Below the pieces are notes generated by a model, which worked only from the letters and a program-made list of their open reading frames with translations, was not told where the DNA came from and did no database searches. The position numbers were made by a program, and so were the translations under genes. A stretch of 34,612 bases of DNA from a virus (Duplodnaviria > Caudoviricetes), in IMG/VR virus record IMGVR_UViG_3300047477_000152, positions 1 through 34,612 of that record; one strand, 5' to 3'. Numbering within the stretch: the first letter of the stretch is position 1; the number at the start of each line of letters is the position of its first letter. Positions 1 to 8,797 of the stretch are shown here, in pieces.

Positions 1-126
1 ACTACGGTTGTTGGGCGCAATGGGAAGACGATCATGGGGCTGGCGCAGGACATGACGCTAGATATCGCGAACCGAAAGTTCCTGTTTGAGTATCTATCTG
101 CGTCTGATGACTGGAGACTGTCATGA
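1..126 (+). CDS. 3' end of a structural protein gene (partial); resembles a T4 gp9/gp10-like baseplate/tail domain
   Basis: Frame 1 is open from the window start: TTVVGRNGKTIMGLAQDMTLDIANRKFLFEYLSASDDWRLS*. The RNGxxIxG..D..LD...F.Y...W pattern is typical of this domain. Its TGA overlaps the ATG at 123. Confidence 0.55.
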   Translation, partial: TTVVGRNGKTIMGLAQDMTLDIANRKFLFEYLSASDDWRLS

Positions 127-680
127 GCAACGCATCTACATTCCTAGGGGGCGGCGCTGCAATCAAGAGCGTTCAGCGCGGAACGATTTCAAGTACAGCC
201 TACCCTGCAACAGCAACAGTGACTGCGGTAGATACGACGCGCTCCGTCATTAAATTGATGGATACCACCCCGGGGCTATGGTCGAGCGCGTATGTCAGCA
301 CTAGAGTGGAACTTACAAACGCAACTACGGTGTCAATGCGCAACGCGTTTGGCGGAACGCTTAATTCGGCAGCCTCGGCAACATGGGAATTGGTTGAATA
401 CGCGGCTCCGATTAAGTCTATTCAGCAAGTCGCGGTAACTCTGTCAGGCAGTAATCAAGGGATGTATTTGGATACTGCGATCACCCCCGTCGATCTCAGC
501 AAGACGATTCTTGAGTTTCGCGGCTACCAAGCCGGGACGTCCTCGCTTTCCTCCGACGTTCAGGGGTTTATGTTGAAAGGTGCGCTCACATCTAGCACAA
601 ATCTGCGCGTCTATAACCGAGCGAAACAGCAAACCCCGTACGGACTAATCGGCCATTTCACTATTGTGGAGTTCTTCTGA
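123..680 (+). CDS. Tail/tail-fibre-associated protein built from two tandem ~85-aa repeats
   Basis: Internal duplication: IKSVQRG/IKSIQQV, TAVDTTRS/TPVDLSKT, ELTNATTV/ALTSSTNL, WELVEY/FTIVEF. S/T-rich, coupled to both neighbours. Confidence 0.65.
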   Translation: MSNASTFLGGGAAIKSVQRGTISSTAYPATATVTAVDTTRSVIKLMDTTPGLWSSAYVSTRVELTNATTVSMRNAFGGTLNSAASATWELVEYAAPIKSIQQVAVTLSGSNQGMYLDTAITPVDLSKTILEFRGYQAGTSSLSSDVQGFMLKGALTSSTNLRVYNRAKQQTPYGLIGHFTIVEFF

Positions 681-1066
681 TGCTATACGGATACCCCAAC
701 CACGACGGCGTGATTCAGACTACTTTAGAGACAGCAGGCATCGCGCCTGCGGGATACATCCCCATTGACTCTCAAGACAAGATTGGGTGGCGCCACATTG
801 ACGGATCGTTTTTGCCTCCGCTTCCGCCACCACCCACCCCAATTACAAGCGTCACCCGTCGCCAGTTCAAACAAGGACTCACCCGGATCGGCCTACGTGT
901 AGCTGTTGAAGCGGCTATTGCAGCTGCAGATCAAGACACTAAGGACTGGTACTTCGAGTCGACAAGTTTTGAGCGTGCGAATCCGGTTATGAACTCGATG
1001 GCAAGCGCCCTCGGCAAGACGCAGGAAGATATCGACAACCTATTCAGGCTGGCGGCGACACTATGA
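680..1066 (+). CDS. Tail fibre assembly/chaperone-like protein
   Basis: IGWRH..GSF.PP followed by the VTRRQF..L...W.....FER..P.....ALG....IDNLF.LA signature common next to phage fibre genes. Confidence 0.6.
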   Translation: MLYGYPNHDGVIQTTLETAGIAPAGYIPIDSQDKIGWRHIDGSFLPPLPPPPTPITSVTRRQFKQGLTRIGLRVAVEAAIAAADQDTKDWYFESTSFERANPVMNSMASALGKTQEDIDNLFRLAATL

Positions 1067-2235
1067 ACATCATTGAGATCCGGGCACAGTCAGGCGTCCG
1101 AAACGACCTCCCGCCAGATCGTTTCTCTCCTGGCGATCTGCTCACTGCGGACAACATCGAGCTTGATGAGACGGGCAAGGCATACAGGCGCTTGGGTGTT
1201 TCACGCCAAGCCACTGGCATGTTCCACAGCCTGTGGAGTGACGTGCAAGACAGCTACGTGGTTAAGGACGGCGTGCTCAGTCGGTTCAGCGGCGCAGGTG
1301 TCACTCCGATTGTGCCCGTGGTAGGTCGACGGGTGGCTTATCAGAGGATCGCTGACGCCGTCTTCTGGACTGACGGCGTAGCCAGCGGAGTTCTTCGCGG
1401 GGCCACAAACCACCCGGCTGGCGTAGAACTCCCTCAGTCCCCCTCAATAAACCTCACGGGCGGTGCATTTCGCCCAGGTGCTTACCTGGTGTGTGTCACG
1501 AATCTGCGCGCTGATGGGGTTGAGTCGGGGGCAAGCAGTGTCCAACGGGTGCTAGTAGGGGAAAACCAAGGGCTAACCCTGACCCTGTCGACGCCAGTTA
1601 GCCCCTCGGTCACGTCGTGCCGGGTGTATGTCTCCCAGTGGGACGGCGAGGTGCCGATGCTCGCCGCTACGGCGCCTGCCGCCACAGCCACTCTGACACT
1701 ATCTGAATTGCCGGATCTCACGCTTCCGGTCCGCACGCAGTACATGTCCGGCCCCCCTCCTGGTCAGGTTCTTGGCTACTACAAGGGGCGCCTGTATGTG
1801 GCTAGAAACCACTACTTATGGTACAGTCAGCCATACGAGTATGAGCTGTTCGACCGGGTTGGGGGGTATATCGGTTTTTCGTCCCCAGTGCGTGTTTTTG
1901 CCCCAGTCTCTGACGGTCTCTTTGTCGGCACAGAGAGTGAAACGGTCTTCTTGTCAGGCTCAGACCCGGATGTTTTTGAGCGGGTAGAAGTGGCTCCTTA
2001 CGGGGCGGTGCTTGGGACGGAGCAGGAGATACCGGCGCATTACTTTAGCGACGGGTCAACCCAAGCCCCGGTCTGGTTGTGGGCTTCGGAACGCGGGGTT
2101 TGTATGGGTGCGAGCGGCGGTCAGTTCAAGGATGTGACGGGCGGTAGATATCAGCTCCCGGCTTCTGTAGGTGGTGCAAGTCTTTTCAAGATTCGGGGCG
2201 GCACGCCTCAGTTCATAACCAGCCTGTTTGCATAA
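1063..2235 (+). CDS. Putative tail tubular/nozzle (stabilisation-type, beta-propeller-like) virion protein
   Basis: N-terminal G.RND.PPD....L..ADN..LD..G...RR.G and an internal YYKGRLYVA....LWYS.P..YELF motif, as in podovirus tail proteins. ATGA overlap with the previous gene. Confidence 0.6.
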   Translation: MNIIEIRAQSGVRNDLPPDRFSPGDLLTADNIELDETGKAYRRLGVSRQATGMFHSLWSDVQDSYVVKDGVLSRFSGAGVTPIVPVVGRRVAYQRIADAVFWTDGVASGVLRGATNHPAGVELPQSPSINLTGGAFRPGAYLVCVTNLRADGVESGASSVQRVLVGENQGLTLTLSTPVSPSVTSCRVYVSQWDGEVPMLAATAPAATATLTLSELPDLTLPVRTQYMSGPPPGQVLGYYKGRLYVARNHYLWYSQPYEYELFDRVGGYIGFSSPVRVFAPVSDGLFVGTESETVFLSGSDPDVFERVEVAPYGAVLGTEQEIPAHYFSDGSTQAPVWLWASERGVCMGASGGQFKDVTGGRYQLPASVGGASLFKIRGGTPQFITSLFA

Positions 2236-2245
2236 GGAGCAGATC

Positions 2246-2698
2246 ATGGCATTTCGTCTATCTACAGGTCTTACCAACGCCATGATGGCGTCGTCATCGT
2301 TCAAGGCAGCGCTGGAAGGCGCTTCGGGTTTCTTGATTGACATCTACTCGGGCACTCAGCCAGCCAACCCTGACACTGCAGCGAGCGGCACACTACTTGT
2401 CACCGTTTCGCTGTCTGGCGCGGGAACAGGGATTCACTTCGAGACTACCGCCACAGCAGGCATGATCCCCAAGAAAACCAGCGAAACCTGGAGTGGTACT
2501 GGCTTGGCGACAGGTACTGCCGGATGGTTCCGAATTCGCCAGACCACGGAGGCGGGCACTGCCGCCACGACCACTCTCGCACGGGCGGACGGTTCAATTG
2601 CCACCAGCGGGGCGGATATGGACTTGGGGTCTCTCACGGTGACGCTCGGCGCCCCCTTCTTGCTATCGGCAGCTGAATTCAGCTTGCCGACGGTATAA
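2246..2698 (+). CDS. Small virion structural protein
   Basis: AAGGAG RBS before ATG 2246, preferred over the ORF-track start at 2228. IYSGTQPANPDTAA..G.A.WFR...DGS motif; G/T/A-rich. Confidence 0.65.
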   Translation: MAFRLSTGLTNAMMASSSFKAALEGASGFLIDIYSGTQPANPDTAASGTLLVTVSLSGAGTGIHFETTATAGMIPKKTSETWSGTGLATGTAGWFRIRQTTEAGTAATTTLARADGSIATSGADMDLGSLTVTLGAPFLLSAAEFSLPTV

Positions 2699-2707
2699 GG
2701 AGTAATC

Positions 2708-3115
2708 ATGCCTCTCTTCATTCCTTCAGTCGGCGAGAACAAGCTCGTTGAGTTCGCTCTCGGATTCTCGACACCCGGCAACCAGCTGCTCAAGCTCTAT
2801 GTGAACAACGTCACTGCGGCTGACACTGACACCGCAGCGACCTATACGGAGATGTCGACGCTTGGTTACGCAGCGAAGACGCTCACCAAAGGTAGCTGGT
2901 CCATTGCTCAGAACGGCGGGCTTGCGCAGGCTTCGTACGCGGCACAGACATGGACGTTCACGGCGGGCACGGCGGTGACGGTCTATGGCTACTTTGTAGT
3001 GGATGCAACGACGGGCGTGTTGCTCTGGAGCGAGCCTTTCAGCAGCGGCAAGATCATCCAGTACACCGGGGACCAGATCATCATCACGCCGGTGTTCACT
3101 GGCAGCAAGGTGTAA
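2708..3115 (+). CDS. Small virion structural protein
   Basis: AAGGAG RBS. LKLY.N....DT....YTE....GYA..TL...W...A....TWTF......VYGY pattern of phage tail-associated proteins. Confidence 0.65.
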   Translation: MPLFIPSVGENKLVEFALGFSTPGNQLLKLYVNNVTAADTDTAATYTEMSTLGYAAKTLTKGSWSIAQNGGLAQASYAAQTWTFTAGTAVTVYGYFVVDATTGVLLWSEPFSSGKIIQYTGDQIIITPVFTGSKV

Positions 3116-3118
3116 GCC

Positions 3119-3919
3119 ATGTCAGCGCTTGTGTTCAGCAACAACGCCAAGAACAATTATCTGGACACCCTAACGGGTAAAGCCATAATGGGCAGCTATG
3201 CCCTCGGAACTTACATCCAGATCACTACAAACGCTGCGGTGAATTTGTTCACTAACGCGTACGGTACAGCGGTGTCATTCGCCTACCCAGTGGCGGGCAC
3301 AAGCGTCATGTCTACTGCGTCTATCACCCCAAACGTTAGCGGGGCAGCCTCGCTGATGACTTGGTACGGCAATGCGAGTACGTCATACCTTGTTGCCACA
3401 GGCACTGTAAGTGCTGCAGGTGGTGGGGGTAACTTCATTGTGCAGAGCACGTCGTTCACGGCCTCTACACCCGTACCTTGTTCGTGCGTCATAAAGCTGC
3501 CGACCGGAAACGGCGGAACGCTATTTATGAATCAAGCGCTTGTCAATGCATGGCTCCAAATCATTACAGGCACAGCGACAGCGGTTCCCGCAATGGCTTC
3601 GTCTGGCACGATGACGTTCTATTCTGGCACGCAGCCCGCCAATGCTGACACAGCTGTCACTACGCAAACCGCGCTAGGTAGCCTAACGTTCGCCGTTGCG
3701 GATTATTCGTCAGCTGCAACCGGCGTAGCGGTGTTGGCTGCAGCCAAGTCGTGTACCCCTGTGGCCACAGGTACGGCTACATGGGCGCGATGGACGAGAG
3801 GCACTTATACCATCGACGGCTCTGTGGGGACAACGGGCGCTGACTTCATTGTTGCAACAACTTCGTTTGTAACCGCCACGCCAGTGAATTTGACCGGCGC
3901 ATCGTTGACGTTCCCGTAA
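3119..3919 (+). CDS. Virion structural protein; C-terminal half paralogous to 2246-2698
   Basis: FYSGTQPANADTA...GTATWARW...DGSVGTTGAD aligns with IYSGTQPANPDTA...GTAGWFRI...DGSIATSGAD. Confidence 0.65.
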   Translation: MSALVFSNNAKNNYLDTLTGKAIMGSYALGTYIQITTNAAVNLFTNAYGTAVSFAYPVAGTSVMSTASITPNVSGAASLMTWYGNASTSYLVATGTVSAAGGGGNFIVQSTSFTASTPVPCSCVIKLPTGNGGTLFMNQALVNAWLQIITGTATAVPAMASSGTMTFYSGTQPANADTAVTTQTALGSLTFAVADYSSAATGVAVLAAAKSCTPVATGTATWARWTRGTYTIDGSVGTTGADFIVATTSFVTATPVNLTGASLTFP

Positions 3920-3920
3920 C

Positions 3921-5483
3921 ATGGCAAACACCCCGATCCTTGACTCTGGGGAGTATGCTCGTGCAATAACGGGCTTCGGGGTACCGCCTCTAACTGGTAG
4001 TGGTGAATACACTGCTGTCAGCACGGGCACTACCGTTACCCCAAAACCTGTTTCCGGTGAGTATTCTCGTGAAATAGTGGGTTTTGGGGTAACCCCGTGC
4101 CTTTCAATTGGGGAACCTCCGCTTAACTTTCAGTTTACAGCCTCTGGCGGGGCTTTGTTCAGTGGAACTGCGTCCAAGCAGTTCACCTTGAACTCCGTTA
4201 CCAGCTATGACATAACGTCATATAGTTTGACGGCCTCTGGTGGGGCGTTGTTTAGCGGCACGGCGCAAGTATCATCAACGCAGCTGTCCGTATATGAGAT
4301 TTTCCCACTTGGCGGGATGGCGTTCTCTGGAGCGGCCACCTCGGTGTCAACTTGGAGGGAGTTTTTACCCACAGGTGGGATTGCTTTCGGCGGCGCGGCT
4401 AGGTTTATCACTGCCGAGCACGGAACCGGCGGTATGCAGTTCAGTGGGACAGCTGGTATTGGTGCGAATACGGGCTCGGTAGCAGTCACTCTACCTCGGT
4501 TGAACGCTTCGCTCGACGCAGAGACGATCACTGTCATCTCTGCTGAGGTGTCCGCAGAGCTGCCGAGACTCACTGCGGATATAAGCTCGCTCACGGGCTC
4601 TGTGGCAAGTGTTGCGGCGAAGCTGCCAAACCTGACAGCAAACGTGGCAGGTGGGTCGTTTGCCTTGTCCGCAGAGCTGCCGAGTATGACAGCGACGATC
4701 AGCGGTACAGCCGGGATCATTGGCAGTGTCGCAGCACAGACCCCCAGGCTGACGACTCAGGTGTCCGGGCAGGTCGGTGGGGGCGGCGCGATTGCGGCCA
4801 AGCTGCCGAACCTCACGGGTTCTGTATCTGGCCTGTCAGGTGTCATAGGCGCGATCTCAGCTGAGCTGGCCTCACTGGCGATGTCGAGTTCGGCAACCGT
4901 CGGCGTGCAGGCTACGCTCTCTGGCTCCTTGCCGAGCATGACGGCTTCCCTCGGTGCGGCCCAGACGGTCACGGGCTCCATGACGGTGAGCTTGCCGAAA
5001 GTGTCTGCGCGGCTGACGGCTGAGTACACGGCGGGTTTGATCCTGACGTTTGTCACGAACACCTTGAGTGCTGCAAGCACAACGTTCTCGAACTATCCGT
5101 TCAACAGCTTCTGTGAGATCGACGGGGAATACTACGGAGCAGCGGCTGATGGCCTATACAAGCTGGATGTACAGCAGGACAGCGTCCCTTTCAAAATGAC
5201 GACCGGTTTTATGTCGTTCAAGATTCCGCAGCAGAAACGAGCGAGCGACTTTTACATGAACCTACACAGCGCAGGTGACATCACTCTGCGCGTGTCTGTG
5301 GATGAAGGCCCGCAGTACGCCTACACGCTGAGCCCGCAAGATGTAACGGCCTTGCGCCAGCGGCGCGCGCTGCTCGGTAAAGGTCTGCGCGGGGTGTATT
5401 GGCAGTTCGAGCTGGAAGGCACGAAGGACTTTGATTTCGACAACTACACCGTGGCCTTCGCGCCGACGGCACGGAGAGTGTAA
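3921..5483 (+). CDS. Repeat-rich tail/virion protein
   Basis: SGEY.R.I.GFGV.P x2, then GG..FSG.A repeats, then about nine LPxLTA/LPSMTA repeats. C-terminal globular domain NYPFNSF...YG...DGLY...GKGLRG.YWQF. Confidence 0.7.
   Translation: MANTPILDSGEYARAITGFGVPPLTGSGEYTAVSTGTTVTPKPVSGEYSREIVGFGVTPCLSIGEPPLNFQFTASGGALFSGTASKQFTLNSVTSYDITSYSLTASGGALFSGTAQVSSTQLSVYEIFPLGGMAFSGAATSVSTWREFLPTGGIAFGGAARFITAEHGTGGMQFSGTAGIGANTGSVAVTLPRLNASLDAETITVISAEVSAELPRLTADISSLTGSVASVAAKLPNLTANVAGGSFALSAELPSMTATISGTAGIIGSVAAQTPRLTTQVSGQVGGGGAIAAKLPNLTGSVSGLSGVIGAISAELASLAMSSSATVGVQATLSGSLPSMTASLGAAQTVTGSMTVSLPKVSARLTAEYTAGLILTFVTNTLSAASTTFSNYPFNSFCEIDGEYYGAAADGLYKLDVQQDSVPFKMTTGFMSFKIPQQKRASDFYMNLHSAGDITLRVSVDEGPQYAYTLSPQDVTALRQRRALLGKGLRGVYWQFELEGTKDFDFDNYTVAFAPTARRV
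4549..4684 (+). repeat. Exact 19-bp intragenic direct repeat TGTCCGCAGAGCTGCCGAG
   Basis: Copies at 4549-4567 and 4666-4684, both encoding SAELP. Confidence 0.85.
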
Positions 5484-7313
5484 ATGGCAAATTCTGTAAC
5501 CGTATCAGACCTGAAGAATTCTGCGGACTACGCGTCCAGCGCGATGGTGGATAACGCAAACAATTTCCTCGCGGATTTGCGTGCTATCGCGGATATGGTG
5601 AAGCCGGCGTCTAATTGGGGGAGCTACACCAGTGAGGGTGGAGTGGATCTGGTTGACCCGTCAGTAGCGAACGCTATCACCGCTGCTGCGGCCAATACAC
5701 CCGTCGAACCTTTGTTCCCCGACAACGCCGCACAGCGCCCGTCCGACGCCGCTCTTGCACAAATAGCCATTCCTGAATTCGGGTCTATTCCCGAAATGAC
5801 ACTGGCTGAACCTGTGTTGACCCTGCCGGCTGCCCCCAATGCAACCCTGCCGGCTGCCCCCGGAAATGCACCTGAGCTGAACTCGGCCGTCTTACCTGCC
5901 GCGCCCCAGATAACGCTCCCGGCTGTGCCGACCATTCAAGCATTGGCGCTGCCAGAGGCCCCCGCGATAAACGTGCCGACATTCAGTACAGCCGCCCCAG
6001 TCGATGACATGCTCGAACCTACCTCCCGGTTCGAGTTCAGTGAGGACCAATACCAGTCTGACCTGCTCGATGCGGCGAAGCAGAAGCTCATTGCTGACTT
6101 GGTGAATGGCGGGTACGGCATTGAGGCGGCCGATGAGGAAGCTCTCTGGGACCGCGTGCGTGCTCGCGAGCTACTGAACGCCGAGACACAGATCCAGGAG
6201 GCGGCACGCCAAGCGGCTGCTCGCGGAATGATGCTGCCGCCAGGCGCTCTCAATGCAACGATCAGCCGAATTCAAACAGCCGCTCTTGAGAAGACATCGA
6301 GTCTGTCACGTGACATCGCGCTGAAACGCGCCGACATGTATGTGGAGAATCGCAAGTTCACGTTGCAAGAGGTTCGTCAAGTCGAAGCGATGCTTATCCA
6401 ATACTTTGGTTTTGTTCAGGAGCGTGCGCTGAATGCGGCTAGGTACCTCGCCGATTTTGGGGTCCAGTTGTTCAACGCAAAACTATCGCGGTTCAACGCG
6501 AGACTGGAGGCGTTCCGTGGAGCGGCTCAAGTGTACGAGACTCAGCTCCGCGGAGCGCTGGCTCACCTAGATGTGTACAAGTCCAAGGTGGAAGGCGCCC
6601 GACTGTCCGTTGAGGCCCAGCAGATGTATGTGTCGCTGTACAACGCGCAACTTGAAGGCGTGAAGTCGCGCGTCGAGCTGTATCGCACACAGATGGAGGC
6701 GGCGAAGGTCTTCACGGAGGTCGAGCGGTCCAAGCTGGACCTGTTCCGCACCCGCGTCGAGGCATATCAAGCTCAGGTGAGCGCCAAGGCGTCGGAGTTT
6801 GGAATGTACGAGGCTCGCATTCGCGGTGAAGCCACAAAACTGGGGGTGTATGAGACCTCGGTCAGAGCATATGCCACGAAGGTGCAGGCTTATCAGTCTG
6901 GTGTGGCAGCGAAGGAGACGCAGGTTCGTGCCCAAGTCGCTGCAGCGCAAATCCCGCTCGAACAGTACAGAGCGCGAATTCAGATGTACGGGGCGGATGT
7001 GGCCCGGTATCAAGCAGACATCCAGGCGGCGTTGGGTATCTATGAGTCTCGGTTGAAGAAGTACAGCGTCCAAGTGGAAGCGCAGGTGAAAGCGGTGGCT
7101 GAGAAGGTGCAGGCGCAGCAGTCGAACTCCACGGTCATGGCACATCGAGCTCAGATTGCATCAAGTGAAATGCTTGGGCAGTCGCAGATTCTCAACGCAC
7201 GCTCTCAGATAGCAGCTACGGCCGCTTCGAGTGGGCTAGGCATCCTGTCTCAGAACATGGCTGCAATCAGGACCGCTGCCAGCGGTCTCGTGGCTGAAAT
7301 ACAGTCGGCATAA
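5484..7313 (+). CDS. Virion protein with Pro-rich linker and long helical/coiled-coil C-terminus (putative ejection/internal protein)
   Basis: LPAAP repeats, then A/Q/Y-periodic helical repeats. Directly follows the previous stop (TAAATG). Confidence 0.6.
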   Translation: MANSVTVSDLKNSADYASSAMVDNANNFLADLRAIADMVKPASNWGSYTSEGGVDLVDPSVANAITAAAANTPVEPLFPDNAAQRPSDAALAQIAIPEFGSIPEMTLAEPVLTLPAAPNATLPAAPGNAPELNSAVLPAAPQITLPAVPTIQALALPEAPAINVPTFSTAAPVDDMLEPTSRFEFSEDQYQSDLLDAAKQKLIADLVNGGYGIEAADEEALWDRVRARELLNAETQIQEAARQAAARGMMLPPGALNATISRIQTAALEKTSSLSRDIALKRADMYVENRKFTLQEVRQVEAMLIQYFGFVQERALNAARYLADFGVQLFNAKLSRFNARLEAFRGAAQVYETQLRGALAHLDVYKSKVEGARLSVEAQQMYVSLYNAQLEGVKSRVELYRTQMEAAKVFTEVERSKLDLFRTRVEAYQAQVSAKASEFGMYEARIRGEATKLGVYETSVRAYATKVQAYQSGVAAKETQVRAQVAAAQIPLEQYRARIQMYGADVARYQADIQAALGIYESRLKKYSVQVEAQVKAVAEKVQAQQSNSTVMAHRAQIASSEMLGQSQILNARSQIAATAASSGLGILSQNMAAIRTAASGLVAEIQSA

Positions 7314-7325
7314 CGGAGAATAATC

Positions 7326-8795
7326 ATGGGACTTCTGGATGAAGCAATGGGTGCTGCTCGTAGGGGCGTGGGCCAAGGCGCTCAGTGGGTGTCGAACAAA
7401 GCAGCGGCTACGCCCGTTACACCAGCGGTAGAGGCTTCGGCCGCTGAGGGTGGTTTGGCGGGGCGGGCGGGGAGGCTGCTAGGTAAAGCCACCCGAGTGG
7501 CGGCTCCTTTGGTTCAGAAAGCTGCGGTAGCTTCGCCTCTGCTTGGGTTTAACGACTACAAGCTCAACGAACCTGGCGTGGACTCGTCTGCGGCTGGAAC
7601 GTTTAAGTCCCTCGGTTCGGGCGACTTTACTGGTGCAGGCCGCAGTCTGGTCAAGGGTGCTAAAGAGGCCGTGCTCGACTCAGCGTCTGGTGTTTCTAAG
7701 TTCGTCGACGGAGCAGCTGGGGTGGTTGGGGCGGATACGGGTCTGGCGCGCGGCCTTGCCCAGAAAGTTCGCGGCCACTACGGCGACGGTGTACAAATCA
7801 ATCCTTCTCTGACTGACCAGCCACCTGTTGTAGCTCAGCCAGCTGCGACACCCGTACCTCAACCGCCTGTAGCGCCAGGTACTTCAGCCACCCCTAATCA
7901 ACCCGTGACTACAGCTAACCAGTCTGCACCTGAAGACAAGTTCTCCCGCCTTGTAGATCAGCTGAGCAACGCCCGGTCCACCGCACCTGCGGTTCGAGCT
8001 GCTCCGAATGCCGCTTCCAGTTTTCGTGAGCCGCCAGCACTTGACACATCCATGGTTGCAGGGGACGCCACCGGTCTCGGTACGCTGGCCAAGATAGCCG
8101 CTCAACAACCGGCTGCGGCAGAGTGGGCGGCAGGTATGAGGCGCGCAAAGAATCAGGACGCTCTCCAGCTGCAAGCTGAAGCTGCGGGTGACCTTAATGC
8201 GCGCGCAGGTGATCAGTTGAAAATGCAGGGTCTGAGTAAAGCTGCCGACATCTACGCTCAGCAGGCTCAACGCCAACACGAGCGGGGGCTCGCCCGCAAT
8301 AAATTGGAATATGACCGAGCGGAAGATACCGAGAAGCGCTATGAGAAGCGCATCGAAGACACGTTCGGTCCGGCGTTTGACAAGGACGGCAAGGCCAATC
8401 CGAACCGTCAGAAGTTCGAGACCGCTCTGAACGCGTACTTGGATCAGGCCGGGGTTGACAAGCGCCAACTCGACCCAAGCACGTTCGAGAAGATCCTGCT
8501 TGCGTCACAGTCCGCTGCGTACAACCCGAGCCCTGGTATTGGTAGCCAGTTACTACAGAAGGCTCTTGGTGGTAGCACTGCTGCTACGACCAACGCCATG
8601 GACGCAACTCAACCAACGAGTGAGCAAGCGCTGGGCGGTGTGTTTGTCAGGACCGCCGATGGTCGCTACAAGCTCGCGTCGGACGTTCATGGTGGAGGCA
8701 CGCTGACGGATATCTTCAGTGCGCCAAACCGCGAAGTTCAAAGTCGTTTTGCGAAGGAAGCCGCTGAGGCTGCCAAGCGCCGCCAGGAGAACTGA
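7326..8795 (+). CDS. Putative DNA transfer/ejection protein
   Basis: GGAG RBS; G/A-rich N-terminus, Pro-rich linker, helical C-terminus. Sits immediately before the giant internal virion protein. Confidence 0.5.
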   Translation: MGLLDEAMGAARRGVGQGAQWVSNKAAATPVTPAVEASAAEGGLAGRAGRLLGKATRVAAPLVQKAAVASPLLGFNDYKLNEPGVDSSAAGTFKSLGSGDFTGAGRSLVKGAKEAVLDSASGVSKFVDGAAGVVGADTGLARGLAQKVRGHYGDGVQINPSLTDQPPVVAQPAATPVPQPPVAPGTSATPNQPVTTANQSAPEDKFSRLVDQLSNARSTAPAVRAAPNAASSFREPPALDTSMVAGDATGLGTLAKIAAQQPAAAEWAAGMRRAKNQDALQLQAEAAGDLNARAGDQLKMQGLSKAADIYAQQAQRQHERGLARNKLEYDRAEDTEKRYEKRIEDTFGPAFDKDGKANPNRQKFETALNAYLDQAGVDKRQLDPSTFEKILLASQSAAYNPSPGIGSQLLQKALGGSTAATTNAMDATQPTSEQALGGVFVRTADGRYKLASDVHGGGTLTDIFSAPNREVQSRFAKEAAEAAKRRQEN

Positions 8796-8797
8796 GA

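Noticed and set aside
3921-4330. Diversity-generating retroelement TR/VR pair
   Set aside because: The repeats are short and in-frame, differences are mostly at third codon positions rather than adenine-specific, and no reverse transcriptase is in the window.
5821-5930. CCCTGCCGGCTGCCCC repeats
   Set aside because: Explained by LPAAP peptide repeats in a Pro-rich linker.
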